Below are positions 1 to 21,300 of a stretch of DNA of 64,000 nt, piece by piece (within the stretch, counting starts at the first letter, position 1; every line of letters begins with the position of its first letter). The notes under the pieces are model-generated. The model was not told where the DNA came from, made no database searches, and was given only the letters and a program-made list of their open reading frames with translations. This DNA comes from the human T2T-CHM13v2.0 reference genome, Homo sapiens: NCBI RefSeq assembly GCF_009914755.1, contig NC_060933.1; one strand, written 5' to 3'. The position numbers were made by a program, and so were the translations under genes.

Positions 1-629
1 TACCTGCATAGTTTCCTAGCTTAAGACCTGGGGGAAAAATTGACTCAAATCTAAACTATCTTTAGATTCGGAGCATTAAAGAAGCTGCATCCTGGAAGAA
101 ACATTCCAGACACAGTTGGACAAATAATTCAATAGCTGTCTACAAGGCTGTCTATACATTTTAGGGAATCCTTCAGTGCTTAAGAGACAAATCTCACTTA
201 TTCCTCAGTCCCTTAACAGCTTTAAGAAGAATTCTCAATTTCCCCGTGCCTGCAATGGCTCTGTGTGGTAGCACAGGTAATGCCTAGGAGGAGAAGCTTG
301 GAAAATTGTAAGACCTGGGGGTTATAAGCTTCATAATTTGTTCAGACATCCCATGATATTTTCCTGCTGCTCCAATCAAGGTTAGTGTTCAGGGTCGGAC
401 TGCAGGATCATTTCTGAGATCAAAAGGCAAAGCAAGGGAAGGGCAATGCAGTTGCAATTTGTGCAAGAAGTTAAAAAGAGAAATTTATTCTCAAGCAAAA
501 TGATTTTTCATTTATTCATTTTTACTGAGTTTAAACAGATGTTTGGGCAAGTTTAGCTACCACAGCTGTGATTGTCACACCCCTCTGTCTCTGTCTGAGG
601 CCCTGGAAAAGAAAGTAACAGAGTGGGTT

Positions 630-3600
630 TAACATGTATTGCCAATTTCTCATTCCTAAGAGAAGTGAGGTATAATTGGCATACAATTAACTGCACATAT
701 TTAAGGTGTACAGTGTGATAGTATTTGACACGTGTAAAACACAGGAAACTATCATTAAAAGTCAAGAATTAATATCTGTCACCCCAAAATGTTCCTGTTG
801 CCCTTTGGCAAGCCTTCTCTTCCACTCCTCTCTATCAAACCAGGGTAGAAGGGTCTTACATGTTTTGTTGCTCAAATTTATCCCTAAGTATTTGATATTT
901 TGCTGCTATTGTAAATCTCCTGGCTATTTTTTTTTTTTTTGTACTTTTAGTAGAGATGGGGTTTCACCGTGTTAGCCAGGATGGTCTCCATCTCCTGACC
1001 TCGTGATCTGTCCGCCTTGGCCTCCCAAAGTGCTGGGATTACAGGTATGAGCCACCGTGTATGGCCTATAAATCATAATTTTAAAATACAATTTCTGATT
1101 GTTCATTGCTAGTATAAGGAAGAAACTTTGTATAGTCGTATTCTATCCTTCAACTTTGCTTAACTAATTTGTTAGTACTAGTAGCTTTATCAGCTTATTA
1201 GTTAATAATAATTAGTAGCATATTAATTTCTGATAGTTTTTGTGTAGATTCCACAAAACTTCCTGTCATGTTACCTGAGAAACAGAAACAATTTTACTTT
1301 TTTTCCAATTCACCTGTGTGTTTTTCTCTTTTCTTTTGGCTTTATTGCCTCAATTACAATGTTGAATAGAAGTGGTAAGAGCTGACATTCTCATCTCATT
1401 CCTGATCTCAGGAGGAAAGCATTCAGTCTTTCAACATTAAGCGTGACATTACCTGTAGGTTTTTTGTAAATTACCTTAATCAGGTTGAAGAAGTTTCCTG
1501 CTAGTGCCAGTTTGCTGAGAGTTATTTTCTTCTGATTATACTGAGATAAGATCTTTTCTTTTTTAATTTCTCAATTTGGTGAACTACAGTGCTTGATTTT
1601 TAAAATTTTTATTTTATTGTGGTAAGAATATAACATGAGATCTACTCTCTTATGAGATTTTTCAGTATACAATAAAATATGGTTAACTATAGGCACAGTA
1701 TTATACAGCAGATCTCTAAAGCTAATTCATCTTGCATTAATGAAATTTTATACCCATTGATAAGCAACTCCTCACTTCCCTTTCACTCCCGTCCTGGCAA
1801 CCACCATTCCACTCTTTGATTCTATGAATTGTACTGTTAATATTTTCACTATCTAAGATAAGCAAATTATACGGGATTTGTCTTTCTGTGATTGGCTTAT
1901 TTCACTTGGAATAATATCCTCAAGGTTTATTCATGTTGTACATATTGCAGAATTTCTTTTTTAATGCTGAATAGTATTTCCATTGTATGTCTATACCACA
2001 TTTGCTTTATGAATTTATCTGTTAATGGACATTAATGTTGTTTCTACATCTGAGCTATTACGAATAGTGTTGCAATGAACATAGGAATGGTAATATTACT
2101 TCAAGATCCTGATTTCAATTCTTTTGGATAAATACCCAGAAGTGGGATTATTGGAGCAATATAATGGCTCTGTTTTTAACTTTTTGAAGAACGTTCATAC
2201 TTTTTTCCCATAGTAAATGCACTATCGTGTATTCCCACAAACAATGTACAAGGGTTCCCTTTCTCCACATCCCTTCCAACACTTGTCTTTTTTTTAAATA
2301 ATCATCATCCTGACAGGTGTGAGGAAATATTTCATTGTGGTTTTGATTTACATTTTTCTGATGATTAGTAACACTGAGCATCTTTTCATATACCTGTGGG
2401 TATTTCTCTTCTTTGGAAAAATGTCTATTCAAGTCCTTTGCTCATTTAAAAAATCAGATTGTTAGTTTTATCTACTGAGTTGTTTGAGTTCCTAACGTAT
2501 TTTGGAAATTAATCTTTTTCCCAGTGTTTTCTTATAGAAGCTTTACAGTCTCACCTTGCATTTAAGTTTTTAATCCATTTTGATTTAATTTTTGTGCATG
2601 GTATAAGACAAGGATCCAGTTCTACTCTTGCATGGAGATATCCAGTTTTCCCAGCAGCATTTGTTGAAGAGACTGTCCTTTCCTGATTGTGCATTCTTGG
2701 CACCCATGTCAAAGATCAATTGACTGTATATACACAGATCTATTTCTTGGCTCCCTATTCTAACCCATTGGTCTTATATGTCTATCTTTATGCTGTTAAC
2801 ATACTATTTTAATTACTATAGCTTTGCAATATATTTTGAAATTAGGAAGTGATGCCTCTAGCCTTGCTCTTTCTTCTCAAGATTGTTTTGGCTATTCAGG
2901 GTACTTTCCAATTATATATGAATCTTAGAATTGTTTTTTCTCTGTCTGTAAAAATGCTATTAGGATTTTTATGGAGATTGAATTGAATTTGTAGATTGCT
3001 TTGAGTAGTGTAGATATTAAGACTTCCAATCTATGAACACAGTATGTCTTTCCATTTACTTGTGTCCTTTTAAATTTCTTAAATTAATGTTTTGCAGTTT
3101 GCAGTGTGTCTTTTACCTCCTTGGCTAAGTTTATTCCTAAGTATTTGATTATTTTTGATAGTGTTGTAAATGGGATTGGTTTCCTAATTTTCTTTCAGAG
3201 AGTTTATTTTTGGTGTATAGAAATGCAATTGATTTTTACATATTGTTTTTTATCATACTACTTTGCTGAATTGACTTATTAATTCTAACAGTTTTTTGTG
3301 GAGTCTTTAGAGTTTTCTGTATATTAGATCATGTTTAAACAGGTACAATTTCACTTCTTCCTTCTGAACTTGATGTATTTTTTGTATTGATCTTGAATAA
3401 TCATTCTGGGCAGGATTTTCATTACTATGTTGAATAGAAGTGGTAAAAGTGAACATCCCTGTCTTTTTCCTGATATTAGAGGAAAAGCTTTTAGTTTTTT
3501 ACTTCTGAGTGTGGTGTTAGCTGTGGGATTTTCATATCTGGCCTCAATATGTTGAGGTAACTTCCATCTCTTCCTAGTTTGTTGAGAGTTTCTAACATGA

Positions 3601-5160
3601 AAAAGTGTCAAATTTTATCAAATTATTATTTTTAAATCTATTGAGATGATTTTGTGATTTTTATCTTTTATTCTATTAACTGTATCACATTAATTGATTT
3701 TCATATGTTGAACCATCCCTGCAACTCAGGGATAAATCCCACTTGGTCATGGTGTATGATCCTATTAATTTGCTGTTAAATTTGGTTTGCAATTATTTTG
3801 TTGAGGATCCTTGCATCTATATTAATCAGGGACATAGACCTGTAGTTTTCTTTTTGTAGTGTCTTTTATCTGTCTTTAAATTCACATAATGCTGGCCTCG
3901 TGAAATGAGTTTGGAAATATTCTCTCCTTTTTGATTTTTTGGGAAGAGTTTTAAAATGATTGGTATTAATTCTTCTTTAAATATTTGGTAGACTTCAGCA
4001 GCAGAGTCATCAGGTCGGAGGCTTTGCTTTGTTGGGAGTTTTTTTTATTACTGATTCGATCTCCTTATTCACTGTTTGCCTGTTTAAATTTCCTATTTCT
4101 TTCATGATGCACTCTTGGTAGGTTGTATGTTTCTAGGAATTTATCCATTTCTTCTAGGTTATCGAGTTTATTGGTGTATTTTTTCTCACAGCAGTTTCTT
4201 ATGATCTTTGGATTTCTGTGACGTCAGTTGCAATGTCTTTTTCATTTCTGTTTTTGTCTTCCTTCTTCTTAGTACACTGTTTGATTTTTAAATGTTAAAA
4301 CAATTTCACATTCTTAGGATAAGCCCCCTTGGTCCTTGTGTGTTATTCTGTTTACATAATGCTGTAATTTATTTGCTAAAATTGCATTTTTTCAACTAAT
4401 GTCATGAGAGATATTGTCTCTAGTTTACTTTTCTTGTAATGTCTTTGACATTTATATCAGGGTAATGCTAATTTCATAGAATGAGGTAGGAAATAATTAC
4501 CTTCTCAAAAATTTTCTATGAAGAGTTCATGTAAAATTAGTATTACTTCTTAAATATTTGATATAATTCACTAGTGAAGCCACCTGGGCCTGGCATTTTC
4601 TTTATGTGAAGGTTTTGTAACTACAAATTGTATTTCTCTAACAGATGTAGGGCTATTCAGATTATGTATTTCTTCTTGAGTGAGATATGGTAGTTTGTGT
4701 ATTTCAAGGAGTTCATCTATTTTATGACAATTGTGGAAATCATTGACATGAAGTTATATATAATATTTTGTTATGATTCTTTTAACATCTAAAACCTAAA
4801 ATCATGTCACCTTTCTCATTCCTGCTACTGGCATTTTTTTCTTCTAATGCCTGATTAATCTGGCTAGATTTATCAGCTTTCTGTTGATTTCTGTTAACAT
4901 GGTATGTATTTTTTAACCTATTTGTTTCTTTATATATAAAGTGTATTTCTTGTAAGCAGCATAGAATCGGGTCTTCCTAAAAAATTTATATGACAATTCC
5001 TGACTTTTAATTGAGGTGTTTAAACCATTTACATTTAATATGATTATTTATATAGTTAGGTTTGAGTCGATAATTTTGATTTTTGTTCTTTTTTCTTCTT
5101 TTCTTCCATTTGGATCAAACATTTTTATTACATTTCATCTTCCTTTCTGGTTCATTAACT
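630..5160 (-). mobile_element. Mosaic of old L1M fragments (L1MA/MB-type 3' end and ORF2 at about 1605-4270)
   Basis: T-rich antisense L1; decayed ORF2 peptides at 2148-2432 and 3351-3611. Confidence 0.75.
918..1066 (-). mobile_element. Alu fragment (left arm)
   Basis: tagtagagatggggtttcaccgtgttagccagg...gctgggattacagg. Confidence 0.85.
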
Positions 5161-5460
5161 ATGTAAATCAAAAGTAAAATTCTAAGCCCATCAACCAATT
5201 GAATGGACCCCTCTTCTCAAACAAGGGCATTCCTAAGTTAACCTGGAAAATCAGTTCAGGCCATGATGGGTAGTAGAGGTCAGACATGCCACACTATACT
5301 CACATTCCTTTGGAATTCAGGCACAGCTGACCAGCATTTAACATTAAAACAGAGACCTTACGACTGATGAAACAGACTCTTGGTAGCCATTAAGATACCA
5401 ACATGACAGACAGCAAGCCCTAAAAGAAATAAAAATATTTTACCTCAAAAGATATTTCTT

Positions 5461-5774
5461 TTCTCTCCTTCTTCTTCTTTTTCTTTGAGATGGAGTCTCC
5501 CTCTGTTGCCCAGGCTGGAGTGCAGTGGCATGATCTTGGCTCAGTCACCACAACCTCCGTCTCCCAGGTTCAAGCAATTCTCCTGCCTTAGCCTCTTGAA
5601 TAGCTGGGATTACAGGTGCCCACCACCATTCCTGGCTTATTTTTTTGTATTTTTTGTAGAGACGTGGTTTTGCCATGTTGGCCAGGTTGGTCTCAAACTC
5701 CTGACCTCAAGTGATCGACCTGCTTCAGCCTCCCAAAGTGCTAGGATTATAGGCATGAGCTAACGTGCCTGGCT
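5461..5774 (-). mobile_element. AluS
   Basis: Full Alu dimer; TSD atatttctt. Confidence 0.9.
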
Positions 5775-6146
5775 ATATTTCTTAAACATATTTTGAAATG
5801 GCCCTGCAAAGCTGTCTCTTGTGGGAAAATCTACCTTCTATAGAAAATCTCCTTTTATTTCCAGGTCTTCTTCCTGATCCGGGAGAGAATTAACTGAGTT
5901 TGGTACCTTTTTAAGTCTGATAAAAAACATTTACAATCTGTTCTTTCTGAAGCCTGCTACCTGGAGGCTTTATCTGCATAATAAAAACCTTGGTCTCCAC
6001 AACCCCTTATTTTAACCCTTCTATTAATTCCAGGGCTTTAGATAAAAGCTTTCAACCAATTGCCAATCAGGAAATCTTTTAATCCACTTATGACTTGCAG
6101 GCCACAACCCCCCCACTGCCCCTTCCTCCCCCTTCACATTGCTCCA

Positions 6147-6685
6147 TGTGATGGTTAATATTGAGTGTCAACTTGATTGGAATGAAGGGTGCGAAGTGTT
6201 GTTCCTGGATGTATCTGTGAGGATGTTGCCAAAGAAGACTGACATTTGAATCAGTGGACTAGAAGAGGCAGACCCACCCTCAATCTGGGTGGGCACCATC
6301 TAATCAGCTGCCAGCACAGCTAAAATAAAGCAGGCAGGAGAATGTGGAAGGACTAGACTGGCTGAGTGTTCTGGCCTTCATCTTTCTCCCATGCTGTATG
6401 CTTCCTGGCTTTGAACACTGGACTCCAAGTTCTTCGGCTTTTGGACTTTTGGACTTACACCAGTGGTTTGCCAGGGGCTCTTGGGCCTTCAGCCACAGAC
6501 TGAAGGCTGCACTGTCGGCTTCCCTATTTTTGAGATTTGGGAACTCAGACTGGCTTCCTTGCTCCTCAGCTTGCAGATGGCCTATTTTGGGACTTCACCT
6601 TGTGACAGTATATACTCCTTAATAAACTCCCTTTCACATATAAATTTATCCTATTAGTCCTGTCCCACTAGAGAACCCTAATACA
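6147..6685 (+). mobile_element. MLT2A (ERVL) solo LTR
   Basis: TGTGATGGTTAATATTGAGTGTCAACTTGATTGG...CTAGAGAACCCTAATACA; 5-bp near-TSD ctcca/cccca. Confidence 0.85.
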
Positions 6686-7154
6686 CCCCACCTTTCCAGA
6701 CCTAACCAGTGTATGTCTTACATGTACTGATTCATGTCTTATACCTCCATAAAACATGGAAATTCAAGCTGTAGCCAGACCACCTTGGGCAAATGTTCTC
6801 AGGACCTCCTAAGGCTATGTCATGGGTATGTCCTTAACCTTGGCTAAATAAACTTCTGAATTGATTGAGACTTGTCTCTGGTATTTTTTGGCTTAAAATT
6901 ATAATTCTTTATTTTGCTAATTTTGTGTTTGCTGTGGGGTAATAGTATATGTCTTAAACTTATCACAATCTAGCTTCAAGTGAATTATACCATTTCACAT
7001 ATACTATTCAAACCTTACAATAGTATACTTGCATTTCTCCCCTCTCAGTCTTTATGCTTTTTTGTCATATACTTTATTTGTATATACATATGTTGCAATA
7101 ACAACACATTGTTATCATTCAGTTTAACCAATTATCTTTAAAAGAAATTTACAT

Positions 7155-12976
<5,822 letters not shown>

Positions 12977-13518
12977 AAAAGAAATTTACATAATAAGAAA
13001 CAAATATTTACTCATGTAGCTATAATTTCTGATGCTTTTCATTCCTTTGAATAGAGGTAGATTTCACTGGGTATCATTTCCTTCTGCCTGAAGAATTTCC
13101 ATTAACATTTCTTTGTGATATGGTTCTGCTACTGATTTCTTTTAGCTTTTGCATGTCTGAAAAGCTCTTTATTTTGCCTTCATTTGTGAAAATCTGATTT
13201 CCCTGAGTACAAATACTATAGAACTATTTCAGTACTTTTATTTTCTTTCCGTATTATAGAAAAGCTATACTTGTTTTCTTGATTGCATTTCTTTCAATGA
13301 GGAATATGCTTTCATTCTTATCTCATTCTTTGTTAGTTTGTATCTCATGTGCTCCACATCTGGATGCATTTAACGCTGTCCATCAGTAGTCTTAAACAAT
13401 CTGACTGTAATGTGTCTGGTAATTTTTTCATGTTTGAGTTTATTGAGATTTTTGGAATTGTGAATTTGTAGTTACCATGAAATTTGTAAATATTCAGTCA
13501 TTGTGTACTCAAATATTC

Positions 13519-13831
13519 GTTGTTGTTGTTTTTGTTTGTTTGTTTTTTGAGACTGAGTCTCGCTGTATTGCCCAGGCTGGAGTTGAATTAGCACAATCTC
13601 GGCTCACTGCAATCTCCACCTCACAGGTTCAAGCAATTCTTATGCCTCAGCCTCCCAAGTAGCTGGTATTACAGGCACCCACTACTACGCCCAGCTAATT
13701 TTTGTATTTTTATTAGAGACAGGGTTTCACCATGTTGGCCAGGCTGGTCTTGAACTCCTGACCTCAAATGATCCGCCCACCTCAGCCTCCCAAAGTGCTG
13801 GGATTACAGGTGTGAGCCACTGCACCTGGCC
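13519..13831 (-). mobile_element. AluS with (GTT)/(GTTT) tail
   Basis: Alu consensus match. Confidence 0.9.
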
Positions 13832-15042
13832 CTCATTTTTATTATTCTCCTCTTTACTACTTTTTGGGAACTCCAATCTTACATATATTATTAAGCTGCT
13901 TGCAGTTTATCTAGCTTACAGATTCCCTCTTCATCATTTTCGGTCTTTTAAATCTGTGTGTGACATGTTGTATAGTTTCAGTTGCTATGATTTTTATTCA
14001 TGAATCTTTTCCTTTGCAATGTTTAATCTGCTGTTAATCTAATCCAATGAATTTTTATATCAGATATTGTATTTTTACCTTTAGAAGTTTTATTTTAGTG
14101 TTTGTATCTTCCATGTCTCTCCTTAATGTATATAGCTTTTCATCTACCTTCTTAAGCAAAGGGAGTACAGTTACAATGGTATTTTTAAACCATTCATAAT
14201 TGAAGTGATTATTCATATAGGTGGAGTGATATCTACTATGTTTGTCATTGTTTTCTGCTCATTGAATTTGCTGTTTGTTATTTCCTACTCTTTTTCTGTC
14301 TTCTTTTTAATTGATCATTTTATATGATTCCATTTTATTTCGTTTCTTAGAATAGTAATTATACTTCTCTTAAAAAGGTTTTTAATGGTTGCTCTACAGT
14401 TTACAATATACGATTCTGTACTCTCAGTCCACTTTCAGATGTCATTATATTACTTTGTGTACAGTATAGGTACCTCATACAGAATACTCTCAACTTCTCT
14501 CTCATGTCCCTTGTAATACTGCTATCATTAATTGCACTTATTCATATTTGATAATCATGCAATACATTGTAATACTATTATTTTTAAATGTTACACTTTA
14601 CATAGATTAAGATAAGAAAAATAAAAGATTTAATTTTAATACCATTTATTCCCCCTCCAATGCATTGCTAGGCATTCTTCATTTCTGTTACTATATTTTT
14701 ATTTCTAGAGTTTTCTTTCTTATTGTGGTAAAATATGCATAACATAAAATTTATCTTTTTGACGATTTTTAAATATTCAATTCAGTGGCATTAAGTATAT
14801 ACACATTATTGTGCATTTATCATAACTATCCACCTTCAGAACTTCCGTGTCATCCCAAAACTGCGCATTAAACAATAACTCCGCATTCCTCCAACCCTTT
14901 CCCCAGGACTTGGTAACCACTCTTCTACTTTTTGTCTCTGAATTTGACTATTCTTGTATCTCATGTAAGTGTAATCATACAATATCTCTCCTTTTATGTC
15001 TCATTTATTTCACTTAGCATAATGTTTTCAAGGTTCATTTAT

Positions 15043-15725
15043 GTTGTGGGCCGAATTGTGTATCTCTAAAATTCACAGGTTGAAGTCCTGACCCCCAGTA
15101 CCTCATAATGTGATATTTGAAGAAAGAACGTTTAAAGAAGTAATCAAGGTAAAATGAGGTCATAGAGATGGATATGAAGCTAATATGAGTGGTGTCATAT
15201 TGAAGAGATTAGGACACAGACACACACAAAGGAAAGACCATGTGAAGACAGAGGGAAAAGACAAATACCAATAAACCTTGGAGAGTCCAGGCACGGTCTG
15301 TAATTCTAGCACTTTGAGAGGCCGAGGCAGGCGGATCATGAGGTCAGGAGATGGAGACCATCCTGGCTAACACGGTGAAACCCCGTCTCTACTAAAAAAA
15401 TACAAAAAAATTAGCCTGGGCGTGGTGGTGGGCACCTGCAGTCCCAGTACTCGGGAGACTGAGGCAGGAAAATGGTGTGAACCTGGGAGGCAGAGCTTGC
15501 AGTGAGCTGAGATCGTGCTTGGGTGACAGAGCGAGACCCCGTCTCAGAAAAACAAAACGAAAACAAAACAAACAATCAGAAAAAACCTTGGAGAGAGGCC
15601 TCAGAAGAAACAACCTTGTTGACACACATGATTTTGGATTTGCAGCTCCAGACTGTGGTAAAATAAATTTCAGTTGTTTAAGCTTCACAATCTGTGGTAC
15701 TTTGTGATGGCAGCCATATCAAGAT
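15043..15725 (+). mobile_element. MLT1 (MaLR) LTR interrupted by an Alu
   Basis: tgttgtgggccgaattgtg...gttgaagtcctgacccccagtacctc...aataaatttcagttgtttaagc. Confidence 0.7.
15285..15582 (+). mobile_element. AluY/Sc-like
   Basis: Alu body; TSD aaaccttggaga at 15273 and 15583. Confidence 0.9.
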
Positions 15726-17274
15726 AATTCTTTTTAAGGCTGAATGATATTCTATTGAATGTTTATCCATTTATTCATTGATGGTCATTTGCATGGTTTT
15801 CATCTTTTGGCTATTGTGAATAATGCTATTACAAATATTGGTGTACACACATCTGTTGAGTCTCTGCTTTCAATTCCTTTGGATATATATCTGGAGGTAG
15901 AATTGGTGAATCATATGATATTCTATGTTTAATTTTTGAGGAACCACCATACTGTCTTTTGTGGCAGCTGCACTATCCATTTTTCCATTCTCATAAAAAA
16001 TGTGCCATCAATTTTTTCATATCCTTGCCAACATGTATGATTGTGTGTGTGCATGTGCACATGTATATTGGCCATCCTAGTGGGTATGATGTGGTTTTCA
16101 TTGTGGCTTTGATTTGCATTTTCTTAATGATCCTTTTATGTTCTTACAGGTCATTTGCATATCTTCTTTGGAGAAATGTCTATTCAAGTCCTTTGCTCAC
16201 TTTTAAGTTGGATATTTAAGAGTTTTTTCTTGCTGTTGAGTTGTATGAGTTTTTTATATATTCTGATATTAATCCTAACCCAATTTTAGTATTTCTTTTA
16301 TTTTTCCTTTCTTAGAGTTTCCATCTCTTTTTTTATATCACCTATCTGTTCTTGCATGTGGTCTACTTTTTCCATTAGAGTCCTTAATATATTAATCACA
16401 ATTAGTTTACATTTTCTGTCTGGAAAATTCCAATAGTTGTATCATACTTCAGTCTGCTTCTGATAGTGTTTTGTTGTGACTTTTTTCTTGTCATTTGTCA
16501 TGCCTTGTAATTTTTTTCTTGTCTGTATTGGGTAATATGGACTGAGGTAAATAGACCTGCAACGTGGGGATTTATAGCTAGGAATTAAGCTATGTTTAGT
16601 ATTTTCTCTACCTATACATCTAAAATGCTGCAAATTTCTCTGCTGCCCACCTTTTTGTCTCCTCTTGACTTTGGGCTTCCCAAGTTACTGCTCTCCAGAG
16701 AGAGTCTGTTTCTTGGAACTCTTTTGGCTATAATTCACTATGTAATGCTGTGGGATTCTGTTGGGATAGAGGTGTGGTCTAGGGGAGAGAGAGTGCTCTG
16801 TAATCTTCCATTTAAATCTCAGCTTTTTATGTGGCTATGTCCAGGACTGTGAACTTTACAAGTATTTCTGACTCTTCTCCAATGGTGTATAGCTTTTCTT
16901 ATCCCCAGCCCTCAATCCTTTCCCAGGTTACAGAATCTTCAATCTATTTTTTTTGAAGCTCTGAATTCTGTTTTTCCTCCTTAGTGATACAAGAAGGCTG
17001 AAATTGGCTGGAGTGGGAAGAATTTCATTCCACCAACCAGGATAAGGCTCTTACAAAATATTTTCTCCTGGTGAGTGTGCTTTTTTTGGAGAAGTTTCTA
17101 AGTGTATTTTATAGTGATTCCTCTTCCCCTTTCCAACTATAACCATGAGGGATCTTTCTTAAATCTCCACCCTGAGCCCTGTTGGAGTTCCTAAAGGTAA
17201 AACCTATTAAAGTGTTAGAGCCACCCTAAAACTGGGGCCCTTAGAACTAAGAAGTTTCTCCTACTCAAAGTAAT

Positions 17275-18412
<1,138 letters not shown>

Positions 18413-18879
18413 TATTCACACTAAGCCTCCAATAATGCATCAAAATTACCACCGAAGAGTTTCTACCAGCTTATGGTTTTTGTGGCCTGTGCTCTAGGTA
18501 AGCAGGTCTCAGCTATATATCTCTAGAAGTGCTTATCTCTCTAGATTTTTGGGTAACAGTTTGCCCTGTGACCTCAGTTCTGTGATGGCTTTAAAGAAAA
18601 GCTTTTTTGTTTCTTCTGGCTCTACTTGTTGTAAGAACTGAAGTGACAACTTGCAATCTATTTACACATTGCTGCTCAAGCAAGAAGTTCGACAGTAGCA
18701 TTCTAAGTGTTCTTGTCTACTAATTCTATCATCTGTGTTAATTATGAGTCTTCTGTCATGATTGATTTTATCCTTATTATGGATCACATTTTTCTCCCTT
18801 GAATTCTTGGTAATTTTTCACTAGATATTACACATTTTGAATTTTGGTATCTGAATATTTTTATTTAAATATTCTCCAG

Positions 18880-21300
18880 TGAAACAACTATAACTGGTTT
18901 AAATTATCTTAAAAATAACAATCTTTAAAAATCTCTGAAAATCAACTTAAGAGGATACAGAAAGTGAAAAATGTCTTCATAAAATTCTCAGTAAGAATAG
19001 TGAGAATTGGAGACTTGGGCCCTGACCTATTCCCTCTCTCTACTCCCTCTCCACTGCTCAGTGTAACACAGTCTCTACTCTGGATAGGTATGGCCACAAA
19101 GATGGAGTTCTCTCTATACTCAGCTTTCAGTCAAGAGCTATGATGGCTCCTTTGGAGGATAAGGCCACCAGCATAGCTCATTCTCCCAACTCCTTAGCAC
19201 AGAGGCTCAATTCCAGGTGAGTGTAGCCAAGCGGTCAGAAGCTTCCTTCTATCCCCCACTCAGAGGCTCCTCTGTCCCCCACTCAAAGGCTCCATTTCAT
19301 GCATGGCAGGGTGAGAATGATGAGACCTTGATACCTTCACCCCAGCTTGCTCAGAGGGAAAGATTCCAGACCAGAGAGGTAAGCTGAGAAGTTCAGAGAC
19401 TACTGCCCTCACCAGCACCTTCCACCCACAAAAACAGCAGTGTCACTTTGAGAAAAATGGGCCACTGTCTCCAGCCCCAGCTCTAGAGAAGTGGCAAAGA
19501 GATTTTTTTCCTGGGGGAGAGGTTATAAAAACAGAGAGCTCTGATGCTCTTCCCAAAGGTTCTGACTTTATTTAAAACAGAGTTGGGGGAGTTCCACTCT
19601 AAGGGAACTCTTGAAAACAATGGAGATTTTGTTGGTAAGAAATTAAGAGGAGGCTTGCAGCTCCATGATAATAAGCCAAACTATAGGCCAGCTAGTTAGG
19701 AAGACCAGGTAAAGAGCCAGTCACAAAGACCCCTCCTGGGGTCAGAACAAACTTCAAAATCTACCCCTGAAAAGGAACCCAAATTTAATTGGATTAAACA
19801 TGGGGAACTTTTGGCCCAGGATACTGTCATGCACAAGAAAGAAATCAGCTGGAAATTAGTGAACATTAACAGCTGGGTATGACCAACAGAGTCAGACAGC
19901 TTAACAGAGAGAACAGGAAAAGAGACATCCTACATGAGTTCTGCTAAAACTACTGTCATCCCAAGGTGACTGTGCCAGTGCCCAAAGCTGTGCCCTCTGA
20001 GGAGTGACATTAGAGGCTTGCTACTGTTGGGGAATAGATTTCACCAAAATAGTCCATCCAAGTCACTCAATAACCAAGCAAACAACAAAACAACCAAGCC
20101 CCGTGGTCAGGGGAATTAGTATCCAGAGTTGCTAAAATGTATTATTTAAAATATCCAATTTTCAACAAAAAAATTGTAAGACATGCAAGAAAATAGAAAA
20201 GTATTACCTATAGGTAGGAAAAGAGAAGCAGGTAATATAAACTGCTTATGAGAAGGCCCAGATGTGGGATTTGGCAGACAAAGACTTCAAAGCAGTTATA
20301 AATTTTGTTCCGAGAACTAATGGTTACCAGAGACTAGGAAGTGTAGTGGGAGGGTGGGGTGAGGGTTGGGATGGTTAATGAGTACAAAAAAAAAAAATAG
20401 TTAGAAAGAATAAATAAGACCTACTATTTGGTAGCACAACAGAGTGAGTACAGTCAATAATAACTTAAAATAGCATATTTTAAAATAACCCATTTCCCAT
20501 TTGCCCCAAGAATACTGCACTGGCAGTGAGCTGCAACTTTCTTTTTTCCTAAATGCAAAATGGGTTAAAGAGTGTAACTGGATTGTTTGTAACTCAAAGG
20601 ATAAATGCTTGAGAGGATAGATACCTCATTCTCCATGATGTGCTTATTTCACATTGCATGCCTGTATCCAAACATCTCATGCACCCCATAAATATACACA
20701 CCTACTAGGTGCCCACAAAAATTAAAAATTTAAAAATGTTCAGAGAACTAAAGGTAACCAGGTTTGAAGAGGTATAGAAAGATACAATGACAATGGCTTA
20801 TTAAAAAGAGGATATCAATAAAGAGAATTATAAAAAGAATCAAAAATTTTTGAGTTGAAATATACATTAACTGAATCAAAGTTTCACTTAAGTGGCTCAA
20901 CAGTAGATTTGAACTGGCAGAAGAAAGAATCAGAAAACTTAAAAGATAAGTGGATAGAAAGTATGCAATCCAACAAACAGAAATGAAGAGGACCTCAGAA
21001 GAAGGTGGGACACCATTAAACACACCAATATATGCATGAAAAGACTACCAGAAGGACAAGAGAGAGCAAAAAGCAGAAAAATGTATTTAAAGATATAATA
21101 TCTGAAAACGTCCCAAATTTGAGAATAAACATTAAACATCTACAAAATTCAACAAACCCCAAGTAGGATATACACAAAATGCTTCACACCAAGACACATC
21201 ATAGTAAAAATGTTGAATGCTATATAGAGAAAATTTTGAAAGAAGTAAGAGAAAAACGGCTCATCGCATATAAGACAACTCCAGCAGGAGTAACACCTAA
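18880..21300 (+). mobile_element. Old L1M 5'/ORF1 region containing a nested L1MA 3' end (20321-20735)
   Basis: A-rich L1 ORF1-like sequence; nested piece flanked by tgttc(c/a)gagaactaa. Confidence 0.6.
20489..20564 (+). mobile_element. MER75A piggyBac-derived MITE
   Basis: CCCATTTCCCATTTG...AAATGCAAAATGGG terminal inverted repeats flanked by aTAA/TTAA. Confidence 0.8.

Larger units (their letters stand above)
5162..6897 (+). mobile_element. ERV1 MER4-group solo LTR, interrupted by an Alu and an MLT2A LTR
   Basis: Starts tgtaaatcaaaagtaaaattctaagccc, ends aataaacttctgaattgattgagac...ggcttaaa; near-TSD acta/atta. Confidence 0.7.
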
